A DNA stretch of 64,000 nt. Origin: Octopus bimaculoides (lineage: Eukaryota). This document shows, piece after piece, positions 25,795-40,176 of the stretch. The stretch covers positions 45,614,827-45,678,826 of the forward strand of contig NC_068990.1 in assembly GCF_001194135.2 (NCBI RefSeq). The letters run 5' to 3'. The notes below the pieces were generated by a model that saw only the letters and a list, made by a program, of their open reading frames with translations, did no database searches and was not told the DNA's origin. Position numbers and translations under genes: made by a program. Position 1 is the first letter of the stretch. Each line of letters begins with the position of its first letter.

Positions 25795-26254
25795 AAGTGA
25801 AATCGAAATCGAACTAAATTTGACGACTGGCACCCATGCCAACGTCGTCTCCTTCATTGGACACTAAACTCGGCTTGCGAAAACCTGTTTGGGGCAAGTG
25901 AAAGCGAAATCGTGATGGCACCTGTGCCCAGCGTCGCCTTACTGACACTTGTGCCAGTGGCACATGTAAAGACATTCGAGCGAGATCGTTGCCAGTGCCG
26001 CTGGACTGGCTCCTGTGCAGGTGGCACGTAAAATACACCATTTTGAGTGTGGCCGTTGCCAGTACCGCCTGACTGGCCTTCGTGCCAGTGGCACGTAAAA
26101 GCACCCACTACACTCTCGGAGTGGTTGGTGTTAGGAAGGGCATCCAGCTGTGGAAACACTGCCAAATCAGATTGGAGCCTGGTGTAGCCATTTGGTTCAC
26201 CAGTCCTCAGTCAAATCGTCCAACCCATGCTAGCATGGAAAGCAGACGTTAAAC

Positions 26255-26302
<48 letters not shown>
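25795..26302 (+). mobile_element. Relatively young RTE 3' UTR copy ending in long (GAT)n
   Basis: CpG-rich; collinear with 52750-53100; ends gacgttaaac(gat)n at ~26256-26302. Confidence 0.8.
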
Positions 26303-28385
26303 AATATATGTAACAATTATCAATAACCTTTTTTATCAATCTATTGGCAAACAAAGCTATCTAAAAGTGATATAAATCAAATATTTTTATATAGAGAAAA
26401 TATTTTCACAAATCCAATTACCTACTATAAACCTCTTAATCATAAAGTCAGAGTAGTGCTTGATTTCCAGCTAAGCAAGCTGAAACACACAGAATAATAT
26501 GCCTTATCCAGAGACACAAACCAAGTTACGATAATATTTGAACTCATGAGCAAGTTGCTGGTACAAATCTGTTCTTTTCACACACATACTATAATTCTTA
26601 GATATCGGAATAAAAATTACCGTTATGAGTACACGTGATCTGTAAGTTATCTAAATATTGGTTTCGAATTTTTGTTACAAGGTCAGCAGTTTGGGGGGAT
26701 GGGGTAAGTTGATTACATTGACCCCCCAGTGTTTAACTGGTACTTATTTTATCAACCCTGAAAAGATGAAAGGTAAAGTCAACCTTGACAAAATTTGAAC
26801 TTAGAATGTGAAACTAGACAAAATGCTGCTAAGCATTTCGCTTGACATGCTTAATGATTCTGCCAGCTTGCTACCTTGCAGTTATCTAAATATTGCTACC
26901 TCGAACTAATTCAACCTGTTTTTCTGTGAGACTCCACTCTTCACTGCTCTATACAAGATGTGAGCTGGAAATTTTCTCATTTTACACAGAAGTATCAAGA
27001 AGTTGACAGACATCATCAGCATGAAAGAGGATGCCAGCTTGTCACATATTTTGCTCATGTAGTGGGTACCCCAGCCCAGCATTTCAAGCTATTAATTACA
27101 CTGCATACTAGCTAAGCATACAGTGCAATACTATCAACTTTATGTCATTCATCATAAAAATTAATGTATGCAAAAAGATTTATGGCTAAGTATATAACGA
27201 ACAGCTGATACAGCCAAATAAACTAACCTTTGAATATTTTAAAGAGCTTCAGGAAAGAAAAGCATATGGAGCACCTAACTAAACACTGAAAAACCATATA
27301 GTTTGGTTCTGTTGTCTATACAATAGCCACAGTTCTTTCATTTTGACTTTTAAAATAATACCATTAACAAGAAAACATTTACTCATGTCCTGGAAAAAAA
27401 AAAGTACTCTTAACTCAATTTCCTAAGAGATTGATTTTAAAAAGCTATACAATTTTTTTTTCTATTTCATTTTCTTTGTTGTTGTTTTTACTATAGTTGA
27501 ATAGATGACATGTAACATCTGCAGATTTGATTATTTGAATATGAACTGATGAAGCAAGTAATTCTTATAGCTGCATGTAAGTTAGGTGTGAAGTGGAAAA
27601 GACATTTCCTTTGACTTAAGAGGGGAAATGATTTTATTTATTTATATTTTTTTTTTTTTTAGCAAAGTTTCAACTTCTGATTGTAACAATTTTAAACCAA
27701 CAGTCAAATCCACCATAAGTTAGATATTTGTGCAGTTTGAGAGATTTGTGTGAGTGTGTGTTTTTACCAGTAAATATTCTAGCTGGAGACCATTTTAACC
27801 ACTAACAGATAAAACAAGTAAAGGAATGCAGACATCCCAATGGCTTGCTGTGAATCATTTGTGGATCAGTTTGGAAGTCTGTCTTGATGATTATAATTTG
27901 TGATAGCTGTGATTAAATGTTTAGGCATGGGGTTGTTACTGTAAGATAGGACAGTCATTGAAATGCTAGGATAGAAACATATGCAACAAATTGTAACTGT
28001 CTCCTATTATCATCATTGCTTTATGTCTCTTTTTCTATGCTAGCATGGACTGGACAGGTCTTGTCATTCATTTGATCTGCACCATTTTGCACACAAAGCA
28101 AGAATGAAACATGTTGGATTTTGTCAATGTATGTTTTACTGCGTGGAAAGGACGTATTTTAGTGAGAGGTCGTCCTATGTAAAAAGGCTAAGAGCCCTTT
28201 CTTTTCTGTATCAGTTCTTATTCGCTTATTACCTTCCTACACAAGTAGTCTACAATGCAGCAGGTGAAGTCCAGTGTCCTGCTTGTATGCCCCATTTTCT
28301 GGCATACCTTCTACAGTTGGATGCCCATCTTACCATCTGCTAAATTAGACTCAAATACTAGCTTAAATAAAAACAGAATACTCAC

Positions 28386-28457
28386 AGCATTTAACTGAAT
28401 CATCGAAGATGGTCTTCCTCGGGTTTTCTTTTTCTCGGGTTTTTCATCATCAAGTAA
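28386..28457 (-). CDS. SMAP1: SMAP exon LLDDEKPEKKKTRGRPSSMIQLNA (lysine-rich linker)
   Basis: ttttcattttag|TTA ... GCT|gtgagt; 72 nt, phase 0-0; GC-richer than flanks; K-rich segment as expected after the SMAP ArfGAP domain. Confidence 0.85.
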
Positions 28458-28595
28458 CTAAAATGAAAAAGGGGAAAACAAAGAACATTTTCTAAGTAGC
28501 TGAATATACCATAAAGAAAAAAAGACAAAAAAAAGGAAAAAAAGCATTCACTAGCACACAGTTAGTTAATGTAAGTACAAATAAAATATAACAGC

Positions 28596-28597
<2 letters not shown>

Positions 28598-28674
<77 letters not shown>
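28598..28674. repeat. (TA)n microsatellite
   Basis: Direct inspection. Confidence 0.95.
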
Positions 28675-28676
<2 letters not shown>

Positions 28677-30721
28677 ACAATACATACAATTGATATGTAC
28701 ATTTATGGACAGAAGTAAAGATATACATACACATATACAATTTTTGACTGGTAAAATTAAAATTGAAATGATGACTAAAATGTCTAAAATTATTGTATAA
28801 TAGAAAATTATTTTGTCACCACCAATTTATGTTTTTGTCAAAAGATTCCTTCTAAGCTACATAAAATCAAGTCATTTTTACAAAGCAAATCCTTGAGCAG
28901 GGCTGACTGTAGAGTCAGAAGCAATTATTGGGCTGTCAGAGTCAGTACAATTTTTTACCAACTGCAACTAAGTGTAAATTGTAAATATATTAAAATTTCT
29001 AAATTTGCAGATACTAATTCTACTGTTTTACTACATTGAAAATAATTGAATCAGATTTAAGTTCTTCTATGGAGAAGGATCTGTTGAAAATAATTCTGTT
29101 ACTAAGAACAAGACTAAGTTATATATTTGGATTTTTTTTTTTATTAAACCCCTATTTCATAGATAAAACATTTCGCAAATATTTTTTTGCAAGAATACAT
29201 TTTTTAAACTTTTACAATATAATTTTTATGTCAATTTAAATTTCATCTCTCATGTTACATTCACTTCAATTTTATATTCATTGTTGTAAATTACTGAAAG
29301 GAGGAGTTATGTATTTGAGTTTATTTCTTTAAAAATGTTTATTTGTTGAGTTGCTTTGGGTGTTCAGACTTAGTTTTAATGTGATTAAAATTCAATTAGT
29401 TTTAATTTAATTACACGAGACTTTAGAAGTTGTAAACAAAGATATTCCTGATATTTTCTTGTAGTGTTTTACCATTTTCCTTTCATTGACTTTTGATAAA
29501 AACAACCTTATTGAAAAGAAAAAAAAATTATAAGCTGATCTAATACTTAATTGCTTCCAATTTCTTTAATAAATGAATAAATATTTTTAAAAAGCCAAGA
29601 TGGTATAGCTATAGCCTTTAGACCTCAACTTTTTCGGGTGCTAAAAAAGAAGCTTAATGATTCACATTTGTCATTTATGTTGTGTGTTTTCAATCAATTC
29701 ACAAAATATGTGATTAGTCTAATTAAAAATAGAGGAGTCAGAGTCAATGGTACCACCATAATAATCTGGTGAGTAGGCATCGAGGTCTTGTGTACTGACT
29801 GCACAGTACAGTTTCTGAGGAAACTAATTATCACGTCTATTGTTCAAGTTTTAATATCAAGGATGAAATTACAACTCTTGATCAGATGGAATTCAACTTT
29901 TAGCACCCTAGTTCGTTTTTCAAATAATGTATAAAGATAAAATAACTGTAATATGGGAGACACAAATTTTGTCAGTGATTAGGTTGCAGTTTTGAGTGAT
30001 GAAACTTTTGACACCATATTACAAACAATAAATATTTAAGTGAAGTTAATGGTCATTGTATGTTTCTGAATGGTTGTTTTCCACTCTGCAATCTTTTTAG
30101 TTTCAACATACCATCTCAGATCAAAACACTTGCTATGCAAATACATCTTTGTTTAAAGAAAGGCTTTTATTTTTATGTCACTTTATAGGTTTCCAATATC
30201 TAGGCCTGGAAATATTATATAATCAATGAAACCCTAGTTTTAATTTCTGTTATTCATTTAAGAGAAAATAAATTGTCATGTGACAAAAAGACAGTACTGG
30301 TGCAATAATTTTTGTGGTGGGTGGGTTGTAGAGTGGATCAGTTAAGCTGACAAAACTAATCCTTATATTACACTGAACAGAAATGAAATTTTTTTTAGAG
30401 CTGGCTATAGTTCAGGTTCAATGTATTGACCTGAAGCCGGCACCAACCTCAAGACCTTTCCAGAAAATGTCCTTTTCTACTCTAGGCAGAAGGCCTGAAA
30501 TTTTTATGGAGGGGGGGGGGTGATTAGATCAATCACAGTACGCAACTGGTACTTAATTTATCGACCCTGAAAGGATGAAAGGCAAAGTCAACCTCGGCAA
30601 TCTGATCATGCATGTTTGGCAATTCGTGTTCAAAGAAAATTGTGTGATGGTGCATCATAAAAGTAGATGAATTTAGTTATGTGAATTCATTAATTTTAGG
30701 TAAGAATATATATTTCTAGTC

Positions 30722-31276
30722 ATATATATATATATATATATATATANNNNNNNNNNNNNNNNNNNNNNNNNNNNNNNNNNNNNNNNNNNNNNNNNNNNNN
30801 NNNNNNNNNNNNNNNNNNNNNNNNNNNNNNNNNNNNNNNNNNNNNNNNNNNNNNNNNNNNNNNNNNNNNNNNNNNNNNNNNNNNNNNNNNNNNNNNNNNN
30901 NNNNNNNNNNNNNNNNNNNNNNNNNNNNNNNNNNNNNNNNNNNNNNNNNNNNNNNNNNNNNNNNNNNNNNNNNNNNNNNNNNNNNNNNNNNNNNNNNNNN
31001 NNNNNNNNNNNNNNNNNNNNNNNNNNNNNNNNNNNNNNNNNNNNNNNNNNNNNNNNNNNNNNNNNNNNNNNNNNNNNNNNNNNNNNNNNNNNNNNNNNNN
31101 NNNNNNNNNNNNNNNNNNNNNNNNNNNNNNNNNNNNNNNNNNNNNNNNNNNNNNNNNNNNNNNNNNNNNNNNNNNNNNNNNNNNNNNNNNNNNNNNNNNN
31201 NNNNNNNNNNNNNNNNNNNNNNNNNNNNNNNNNNNNNNNNNNNNNNNNNNNNNNNNNNNNNNNNNNNNNNNNNNNN

Positions 31277-31323
<47 letters not shown>

Positions 31324-32360
31324 CACACACACACATAAGGATAGCATATTAAAAGGAGTCCATGGGAAAACTCATTTAAATAAAAGGGGGCCTTGGTAGT
31401 GAAAGGGTTGGGAACCACTGTTGTAAAGTATAAGGTTTATTGAAACTAAATGCTTACTTATGACCCATATCTCACACCTTAAGAACGCAATAGCATGAAA
31501 CTCAAGTTGAAAGATAAGCATTCAGTTTCAATAAAAAACAATAACACACAAACACATATGTACATAAATATGTATGCATATATTGTGTACTGTTCTGTTA
31601 TTAGTGGGATCAACAAAAAAAGCAGTCCATCTTGTGAAAGATAAATATCATTGAATACACAGAGGATTTAGATACAAGCTACAATAAGTTTCATGTCTCA
31701 AGTAATACAACAGTCAGACAAACTTGAATAGCATGTCATATATTATCAGGCAATCATTCAGATTCACAATTAAATCCTGTGTATGTATGTATGTATGTAT
31801 GTATGTATGTATGTATGTATGTATGTATGTATGTATGTATATTATATGTACATATATATGTGTGTGTATATATATACACACACACACACAGATATGAAAT
31901 ATTATATGTCAGTGAACAACAAGGAAGTAACTATTCTTTGAGTGATGTTTTAACCAAAAACTGTCAAGTGTTAAAAATATTTTCAAGTTCATGAATTTTA
32001 TTTTATTTATTTATTTTTTTGTGTGTATCACTGTAAACAAACACATACCATGAGTTTATCAGCAAGCAGAAAAATAATGAAAGCTGATATACATGATAGC
32101 ATACAAGGTATACTCTCAATTATGAAGTAGGAAGCGTTGTCTGAATAAATCCATGGCAAGAGAAAGAGGTCCAGAACTCCTGATATTTCATGCCAAAGTT
32201 TTGTAAAGGAGTATGCTGTATATATTACTATGCAGTCTTTGGTTGTGTGTAGTATAATAGTGTCTGATAGTCAAGGCAAGAGATGATTTGTGTACCATAC
32301 CATCATACAAGAGGCATGCAAAAAGGACTTAACATATGATATAATGTCAGCATTACTTTA

Positions 32361-32417
<57 letters not shown>

Positions 32418-32962
32418 TGTATGTGTGTGTGTGTGTGCTAAGAAGGCAAGAGATAAAACCAGCTCTTATATGACTTGAAAACTCTTGCTGCATATANNNN
32501 NNNNNNNNNNNNNNNNNNNNNNNNNNNNNNNNNNNNNNNNNNNNNNNNNNNNNNNNNNNNNNNNNNNNNNNNNNNNNNNNNNNNNNNNNNNNNNNNNNNN
32601 NNNNNNNNNNNNNNNNNNNNNNNNNNNNNNNNNNNNNNNNNNNNNNNNNNNNNNNNNNNNNNNNNNNNNNNNNNNNNNNNNNNNNNNNNNNNNNNNNNNN
32701 NNNNNNNNNNNNNNNNNNNNNNNNNNNNNNNNNNNNNNNNNNNNNNNNNNNNNNNNNNNNNNNNNNNNNNNNNNNNNNNNNNNNNNNNNNNNNNNNNNNN
32801 NNNNNNNNNNNNNNNNNNNNNNNNNNNNNNNNNNNNNNNNNNNNNNNNNNNNNNNNNNNNNNNNNNNNNNNNNNNNNNNNNNNNNNNNNNNNNNNNNNNN
32901 NNNNNNNNNNNNNNNNNNNNNNNNNNNNNNNNNNNNNNNNNNNNNNNNNNNNNNNNNNNNNN

Positions 32963-33000
<38 letters not shown>
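30722..33000. other. Two assembly gaps (30747-31276, 32497-32962) bordered by (TA)n; also (TATG)n at ~31780-31820 and a hAT-like terminus ggttgggaaccactg ending at 31420
   Basis: N runs and simple repeats seen directly; the terminus is the reverse complement of a CAGTGGTTCCCAACC hAT/Charlie-type TIR. Smaller gaps lie at 8738-8747, 9526-9863 and 36315-36324. Confidence 0.85.
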
Positions 33001-33710
33001 TGTTTTGAAAATTATTCATCACCATCATTTAATGTCTGTTGTATTTATAAAAATTAATTGATCAACTAGCTATAACAATAACATTAATAAATAGGTATGA
33101 AACTTATTTGTAGAAGAAAGTCTTGCTTAAGCATACAATATCAGTGTATTAAGGGCACAATAATAGTATGTTATTTATAGTATTAGCACACTTTTTATAG
33201 GACTAGTAATACCACAAATATCACTTAAAAAATGGTAAAACCAGTCATAAAACCAATTAGAATAACCCCTTGATATTGCGTGACAACATTATAAGATAAC
33301 CATTTTTTTGTTTTACATGTCTACATTGCAAAAGTGGTAACTGAATGTTTGAAGAACTCTGAAATCTGTAACTACAAAGTTGTAAAATAAGAGAGAGAGT
33401 ATTTGATATGTTCATTTCAAAAGAAAATATCAAATTGTGAGAAAAGTTCACCTCAATTAAACTTGTGATAGTCAATAGTCAACGCAGAAATAAATTATTC
33501 TGATACCCATCTATTGAAGTTTAATTAAAAATAAGGAACAGTAAGGGATTATGAATAATTAAGGAGATAATCTAGGCTTGTGTACTGCAAAAGGACATGC
33601 TATATGAAATTGGCAGACCATACAAAAGTGAACATAAACGTTAGTGTTCAGCTATTTATTAGAGTAAAAAATCTCAGAAAAATAAACATTAAATGTTCAT
33701 ACAAATAACT

Positions 33711-33711
<1 letters not shown>

Positions 33712-33785
<74 letters not shown>
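33712..33785. repeat. (CA)n microsatellite; others: (AAT)n ~37841-37890, (GT)n ~48508-48585
   Basis: Direct inspection. Confidence 0.95.
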
Positions 33786-33789
<4 letters not shown>

Positions 33790-33993
33790 TAAATATAAAG
33801 AAACATTATCAGTACTTAAATATAAATATTTATACGACAGATTTGAAGAATGGGTAGAGATGGAGAAATAGCAGTGCCTGACAGCTGAAACCAATAGAAG
33901 AGAAACTAAATATTGTGTTGGTATGTGGTGTGCTAGTGGTTGTAAGCTAGAAGCTGAAATGTGTTCCTAGGAGAAAATAACATTCCCAAGTTG

Positions 33994-34140
33994 GTAAGAA
34001 ATAATTTTGAAAGTAATGTACCTAAACTATTATAACCATTTTGTAAGAACTCTAATTTAGAAAGTATATTATGTCTAAACTATTATAACTATTGATGTAA
34101 GAACACTAATTTTGAAAGTAATATATCTAAACTATTTATA
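33994..34140. repeat. Minisatellite, about 3 copies of a 49-54-bp unit
   Basis: gtaagaa...taattt.gaaagta...ctaaactatt recurs at 33994, 34043 and 34097. Confidence 0.75.
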
Positions 34141-35719
34141 GTGACTATGGTCACAAAGAATAGATGACTTGAGCAATTAGAGAAGTTCTACCAAATAATA
34201 ATAGAACAACAGACCAAAGAGATTATCTTCTGTAAATGGGAGAAAATGATTATAAAGATTTCTCATCTAGACTATGAGAAAACTAAAGAAGTATACAACC
34301 AAAGTGAAATGATTAGGATTTGGTAAATGTTCAAGATAATTCTATTGACCAGTTGAACGAACTCTGATGAGTCCTGAGATACTTAAAACAAAAAAGAAAG
34401 ATAAGCAAAAGACAAAAATGAAAATACAGCTGGTGTGGACATAATACAATAAAAATGAATAATATTGTTTGCTAGCCATAATCAAAATGTGAAAATGACT
34501 AAAGGTAAGATAAACAGGGAAGCGAATCTAATGCATAACTCTAAAGACAAAAAAAAAAAAAAAAATGATGTAAGAACAGATGGGATGGTCATGGCTGGAA
34601 CATCTCAGAGGCTAAACAACAACAACAGTAGACAATGTGGAGGATGAGCAAGTGAAGAAAATGACATACAAAACAGCTGAAATGAAATGTTAAACCATTG
34701 CTAATTTTCTTTTGTACAATTAAAAATAATCGCTAGTAAAACACAATTTCAGAAAAGTAAACACAGAAATAACAGAGTGGAATCACAAAACATGTTTGAT
34801 GGCATTACTGCCAGTATGGCTGAAGCCTAGTAACTGGAACCATAAAATATAAAATTGACAGTGGTCAGGATGAATAAAAGAATACATATGCAGATGCCAA
34901 CTTACATCAAATTCTTCTCCATCATCAAAGGACTCTAAAGTTTTATAACTAAAAGCCATGATAATGGTGGAAAGTTGGTAGAATGAGTTGATAACATTAC
35001 TGAAACTTAGGAATGTCAGCTCTTGACTAAAATGTTGAAAAAAAATAGCCTTATCAAAGAAGGGGACTGTTAATTAGTAAATGAAGTTATATCTAAATAA
35101 GACAGCAATATTCATTGGCTAGATTGTGTACAGTCACAAGATAGTACCACTTTGCTATTCTGTCACCACAAAGCCACATTGAAGATAGATTAAACAAAGA
35201 GTGTATCTTTTTAGAATGCTCATTAAGGATCAAGTTTCATTCAATTAGTTGTGAGAACTTTATATCTAATGAAGGCCAACATTGGCAATCTCCGACTCCA
35301 CTCATTTTAATAATAAACTTCTTTAATATTTCATTTTACCAACTGATATTCAATTAGACATTCTTCAAGTGTTCTTAATAATGAAGAATGAATTTGTAAC
35401 ACACAAAAACAACTATGATGATGATGATTGTCATCATCATCACCACCACACCTGTCATCATCATATCCCCACTGCTTTACATTTGATGTCCCTGGTAGCA
35501 TAAATTAAATAACCAAGTAGGACAAGGATTTCCTAACTAATATTTTGATTTTTCCTTCCATTTTTGGGACACTTCAATCTCATTACCACCACTTCATGAA
35601 TTCTACAATTTGTCTTGTTAAAATTAGATAGGATGAAGAGGAGGGAGTACTGCTTCCACCACCTCCAGCAACAACAACAATTACAATATAACAGTGTGAT
35701 AACATATGAATACTATCTT

Positions 35720-35975
35720 TGCTGTCAGCGTGTCCATCATTCTATGTTTTATGAGCACCCACTGAGTACATAGCCCCATAGGGTACACTGTATGGAGACC
35801 CTCCTCAACCTCTTCTGCATATGAAGCATCATTTTCCAGATGGCATCAGAGTCCTGGCTTAGCACTTCAGTACTGGCTAAGTTTATTTTAATGCCCTTCA
35901 ATTCCAGGTTTTACGTTTGGATCTTCTTTTCCAAATCTTCCACAGGTTCTACTATAAGAACAAGGTTATCAGCAT
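35720..35975 (-). mobile_element. Old RTE LINE reverse-transcriptase fragment
   Basis: Minus strand reads YADNLVLIVEPVEDLEKKIQT*NLELKGIKINLASTEVL, homologous to the YADDL...GL.VN..KTKVL segment of the 51.3 and 58-60 kb copies. Confidence 0.65.
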
Positions 35976-36569
35976 ATAGATATATATATGTATGCACACA
36001 TATGTGCGTGTATGTGTGTGTGCATGCATGCACATATCTGTATCATCATCACTTGGCAAACAATAGTGGTTTGTTTATGTCCCTATAACACATTTCAAAA
36101 TACGAACCAACTGATGGAAAAAGTTCTGTGTGTGTATGGTGGTGGTGGGGTCACAAATTATGTGCCTTGGTACAAGCAGAAACTCTGCCTGTCCTGACTC
36201 CATTTACACAGATTCTCTTAATAAGGAATGGGAGCAGCTTGTTGCTTTTAGCTGGAGTCAAAAGTCCAAGTATCTTGCATTGCTTCTTAGCAAGACAATA
36301 TATATATATATATANNNNNNNNNNTGACAAGTCACCTGTGTTGCTAAGAACAAAAATAGATGTGATACTAATGTTAACATTCTGATTGGTCATAATCAAC
36401 AACTACATTATATATATAGTCAACAGATGAGATCCAGGGATTCACGGTATAGAAAACACTTAGTAATGCTCAAATGATTTGAATTTAGGCTCTGATGTCT
36501 TTATGAAGGACCAATTCCACAGAGTAAAAAGTGGCTATAAGAGGACTCAAAGTGAGTAGATATGGAGGT

Positions 36570-36618
36570 AATTATGTGGATAAACAAATTAAATATAACA
36601 GCTTGGGTTTGATATACA

Positions 36619-36655
<37 letters not shown>

Positions 36656-37032
36656 TGTAAACAGAAAGAAAGCAAAGACTGAAGACTTTCAGATGATGAA
36701 TATTTAAGTATAAATACATAGATATTTATATCACTAGATCAAACTGACACAGAGTATAAATGACAGAGAGAATTAAAGGGGAAGAGGTAAGATGTTCAAC
36801 AGCTGTTTCTAGGGGACTTATAACATCTTACCTCTTCCCCATTAAATCTCTGTCATTTGTATTCTGTGTAATTTGATCTATTGACATAAATATCTATATA
36901 TTCATACTTAAATATTTGTCCGAAAATCTTGAATCTTTGCTTTTTTTTTCTGTTTGCATTTATACATATGTATATATTTATTTTGTATATATAACCCAAG
37001 CTGTTATATTTAATTTGTCTATTCGCATAATT
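36570..37032. repeat. Fold-back inverted repeat (~225-bp arms, 25-nt loop), probably a palindromic MITE
   Basis: 36570-36796 pairs with 36822-37032, e.g. ggggaagaggtaagatgtt/aacatcttacctcttcccc and acaaattaaatataacagcttgggtt/aacccaagctgttatatttaatttgt. Confidence 0.85.
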
Positions 37033-37837
37033 GACTACATTATACACACACGCACACAGAGTTTCTGGTGTTCAGCTATTCTACCATTTCAATTTATATA
37101 GATGATTACAACAATGCTAAGCAACAATTTATTTCAGATAGAGACAAGTTTTAAAAATGAAAATAAACACCAACAACAACATAAAAAAAAGGAAAGAAAT
37201 TAAATAAAACTGCTCAAAAGAGAATAGCACAATTATTAATATAAAACCAATGACGACCAAAACAACGTTTAATATCTTCTAAATTATTATGTAAACATTT
37301 TAAGAAGATTTCTTAAGAGTGGATTTTAAGTTTTACTTAAACTGATCAGTTAAAAGAAAGAAAAAAAAAAATCAAAGGATTAGCTTGTACTGTTACGGGT
37401 AAAGTATGTTGTTGAAGAAGAGATTGATGATACAGATAAAGAACTGACCAAAATAGTAACAAAAGGTTTTAGGATAGTACAAAATGGATTGATTCTTCTG
37501 ACTGACAGAAAAATAAACAGAAAAAAACAACAACCTTATGCTAATTTAATTAGATTTAAATCAATTGTAACATGAAGGATGGGAATTGTTGAAGTTATAA
37601 AACTTAGTGCAGTTTATTAACATTTTTGTGATATTTAACTATTTACTATTTTAAAATCTTTACAAAGATTGCTCCAACTTGGAAACAAAATTCAAAAGAA
37701 CAAGTTCATTTGGGACATTGAAAATGAAATTGAAAAAACAAAAACAATTATAATAACTAAAAGTAAAAAATAGGGCAATTTAAGGTACAGTTGAAACATT
37801 GTTTCATGCAAAAAAGGTTTTTCTAACAGGGAAATGT

Positions 37838-37893
<56 letters not shown>

Positions 37894-38949
37894 AAATAAA
37901 AATGAAAAAAAAAAACTAAAACTGAGTGCTTACAGAAAGACATCAACATTTGCTAAGTGTCACAAACCCCACCCCCTATTTTATATTGTATAGTTTTTCG
38001 TAAAATAGACAATATTTGTAAACACAAAAATATTTTCATACACTAAGTCCTTTTAAGAAATAGTTTAAATTGACAGGATTGAATTAGCAAATGAAGATAT
38101 TAGGGAAGTTGAAAACAATAAATAAATAGAAATTCAGCAGTGGTTCTAACAAAAAAATTTGTTTTCAAAAAAATGCCTTTTTTTTTTTTTATTATAAATT
38201 ATATAATAATTTTTTAAAGAAATCTAGAATCTGTAATGTGGTTATTCAAAACATTACCAACAACTTTCAGAACCTTATTTTTCACTCTTCTGACTAACAA
38301 TGAATATTACAACATAGGATAGGATGATATGTAGAATAAATCTGAGCTGATTCAATAGGGGTTCCCAGTTTCGCAGAGTACAAAATTTTAAAAAAATATA
38401 AAAAAAAAGAAAGAAAGAAATAGAAAAGCCCTTGCCACCGAGTAGAATAGAACCATGCACCATTGACCAGTAGTACAGACAATAACCAGTTGATATAGTA
38501 AGAAGTTACAACATGCATCAACCACCACCACCACCATCAATTTGTTATCATTATATCCTGGTTAAGTGTGTAATAGTATACAGTATGAAAAATTACGTTT
38601 TACAGTGTCAGTCATGTGCTTCAAATTGCTCTCCTCATCGTTGAGGTTAATAATAATGATTTTCTTTATTAGCCTTAAGAGTATAGAGAAGGAGTACCTT
38701 ACAAGGACGGTCGGCAATTTGTGAGGTTTTACATAAAAGATGAGAACGAAATGGGAAAAAAAAACAGTGAAATGAGATAAAAGTGCACAAAGTATACAAT
38801 TGTGTGATAACATGAATGATGCAGTGTCCTTGATAAAGGAGAAACTCCAAGTTGGGCAAATCAAGGCAGCCCACAGGTCCAAGATTACCCTGACCACCAA
38901 AGGTACAAATCTTTGCCCAACTGTTGTTCTCCAATTTACGTGTGCATGC

Positions 38950-39365
38950 CTAGAGTAGGTCCATTTACCCTAACCATTTTTGCCACAGTGACCTATCTTT
39001 TCAGAAATTCACTGAGAGAACATTTGGCTCTCCAATCTCATTGTGCTTGACTGAAGAGGAAGAGGTATTTTCTCAATCCTTTTAGTCTCATCTATCACAT
39101 AACCTCTTTTGTCATAGTGACTACACAAACATGCCTGCCTTGCCTTGTTAGAGGTGAGTGGCGAGGCAATCCTCACAATGGGTTCAGCTGATAGATCCAT
39201 CCCACACATGATAGCAGCTGTTCAACATAACTTCACAAATCAGCAATGCTTGGACACTGCACAAATGCATGCAGTAAGGTGCTTTGCAAGCACCTTGGAC
39301 AGTCTTGCCTGGTAGCACTTCTGAGCCTGCAGTGCTTATTTCAAACCAGCGGTGCTCCTTGGTAG
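38950..39365 (-). mobile_element. Tx1/L1-clade LINE C-terminal remnant with CCHC zinc knuckle
   Basis: Minus strand reads DCPRCLQSTLLHAFVQCPSIADL*SYVEQLL (~39304-39210), a C-x2-C-x6-H-x4-C knuckle typical of L1/Tx1 ORF2 ends. Confidence 0.6.
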
Positions 39366-39379
39366 CACTGTCAGGCTAG

Positions 39380-40135
39380 GGATTACAAAATCAGTAATTT
39401 TGAGGGGATGGGCAAGTTAATTAAATTGATCCCAGAGTTTCAACAAGAACTTATTTTATTGAATCCTAAAAGATGAAAGGGAAAGTTGTCTTCAGTGAGA
39501 TTTAAACTCAGAACATAAAGCTGGAAAAAATACCACTAAGCATTTTGTCAGTTCACCACCTTAATAATAATACTAATAATAGTCCTTTCTACTAGAGGCT
39601 CAAGGCCTGAAATCTGGTAGGAGGGGGTTCTAGTCAAATACATTAACCTGAGTGTTCAACTGGTACTTAATTTATTGACTTCCAGAAGGATTAAAGGTAA
39701 AGTCAATCTCAGTGGAATTTGAACTCAGAATGTAAAGAGCCAGAAAAAATGCTAAGTATTTTGCCCAACATGCTAACGATTCTACCAGCTCAAGGTTTCT
39801 AATTTCAGTACAAGGTCAGAAATTTTGAGAGGAGGAGCAAGATTACATCAACCCCAGTACTTGACTGGGACTTTATTTTATTGACCCCCAAAAGGGTGAA
39901 AAGCAAAGTTGACCTTGATGGGATTTGAGCTCAGAATAGAAAGATCTTGAATCATAATTGCTTCTCATTTAGGTAAAGGCCAGCAATTTTGAGAGGAGAA
40001 GGTTACTCAGTTACATCAATCTCAGTACTTCACTGGTTCCTTATTGATTTCTGGGGGATTTGAAGTTGGAACATAGAGCGCCAGAGCAAATACCCTAAAG
40101 CATTTTGATCAATATTACAATGATTCTGCTAAGCC

Positions 40136-40176
<41 letters not shown>

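Noticed and set aside
29994-30070. C-box (GTGATGA) and D-box (CTGA) pair suggesting a snoRNA
   Set aside because: Antisense to the host gene, no terminal stem, and no recognisable rRNA guide.
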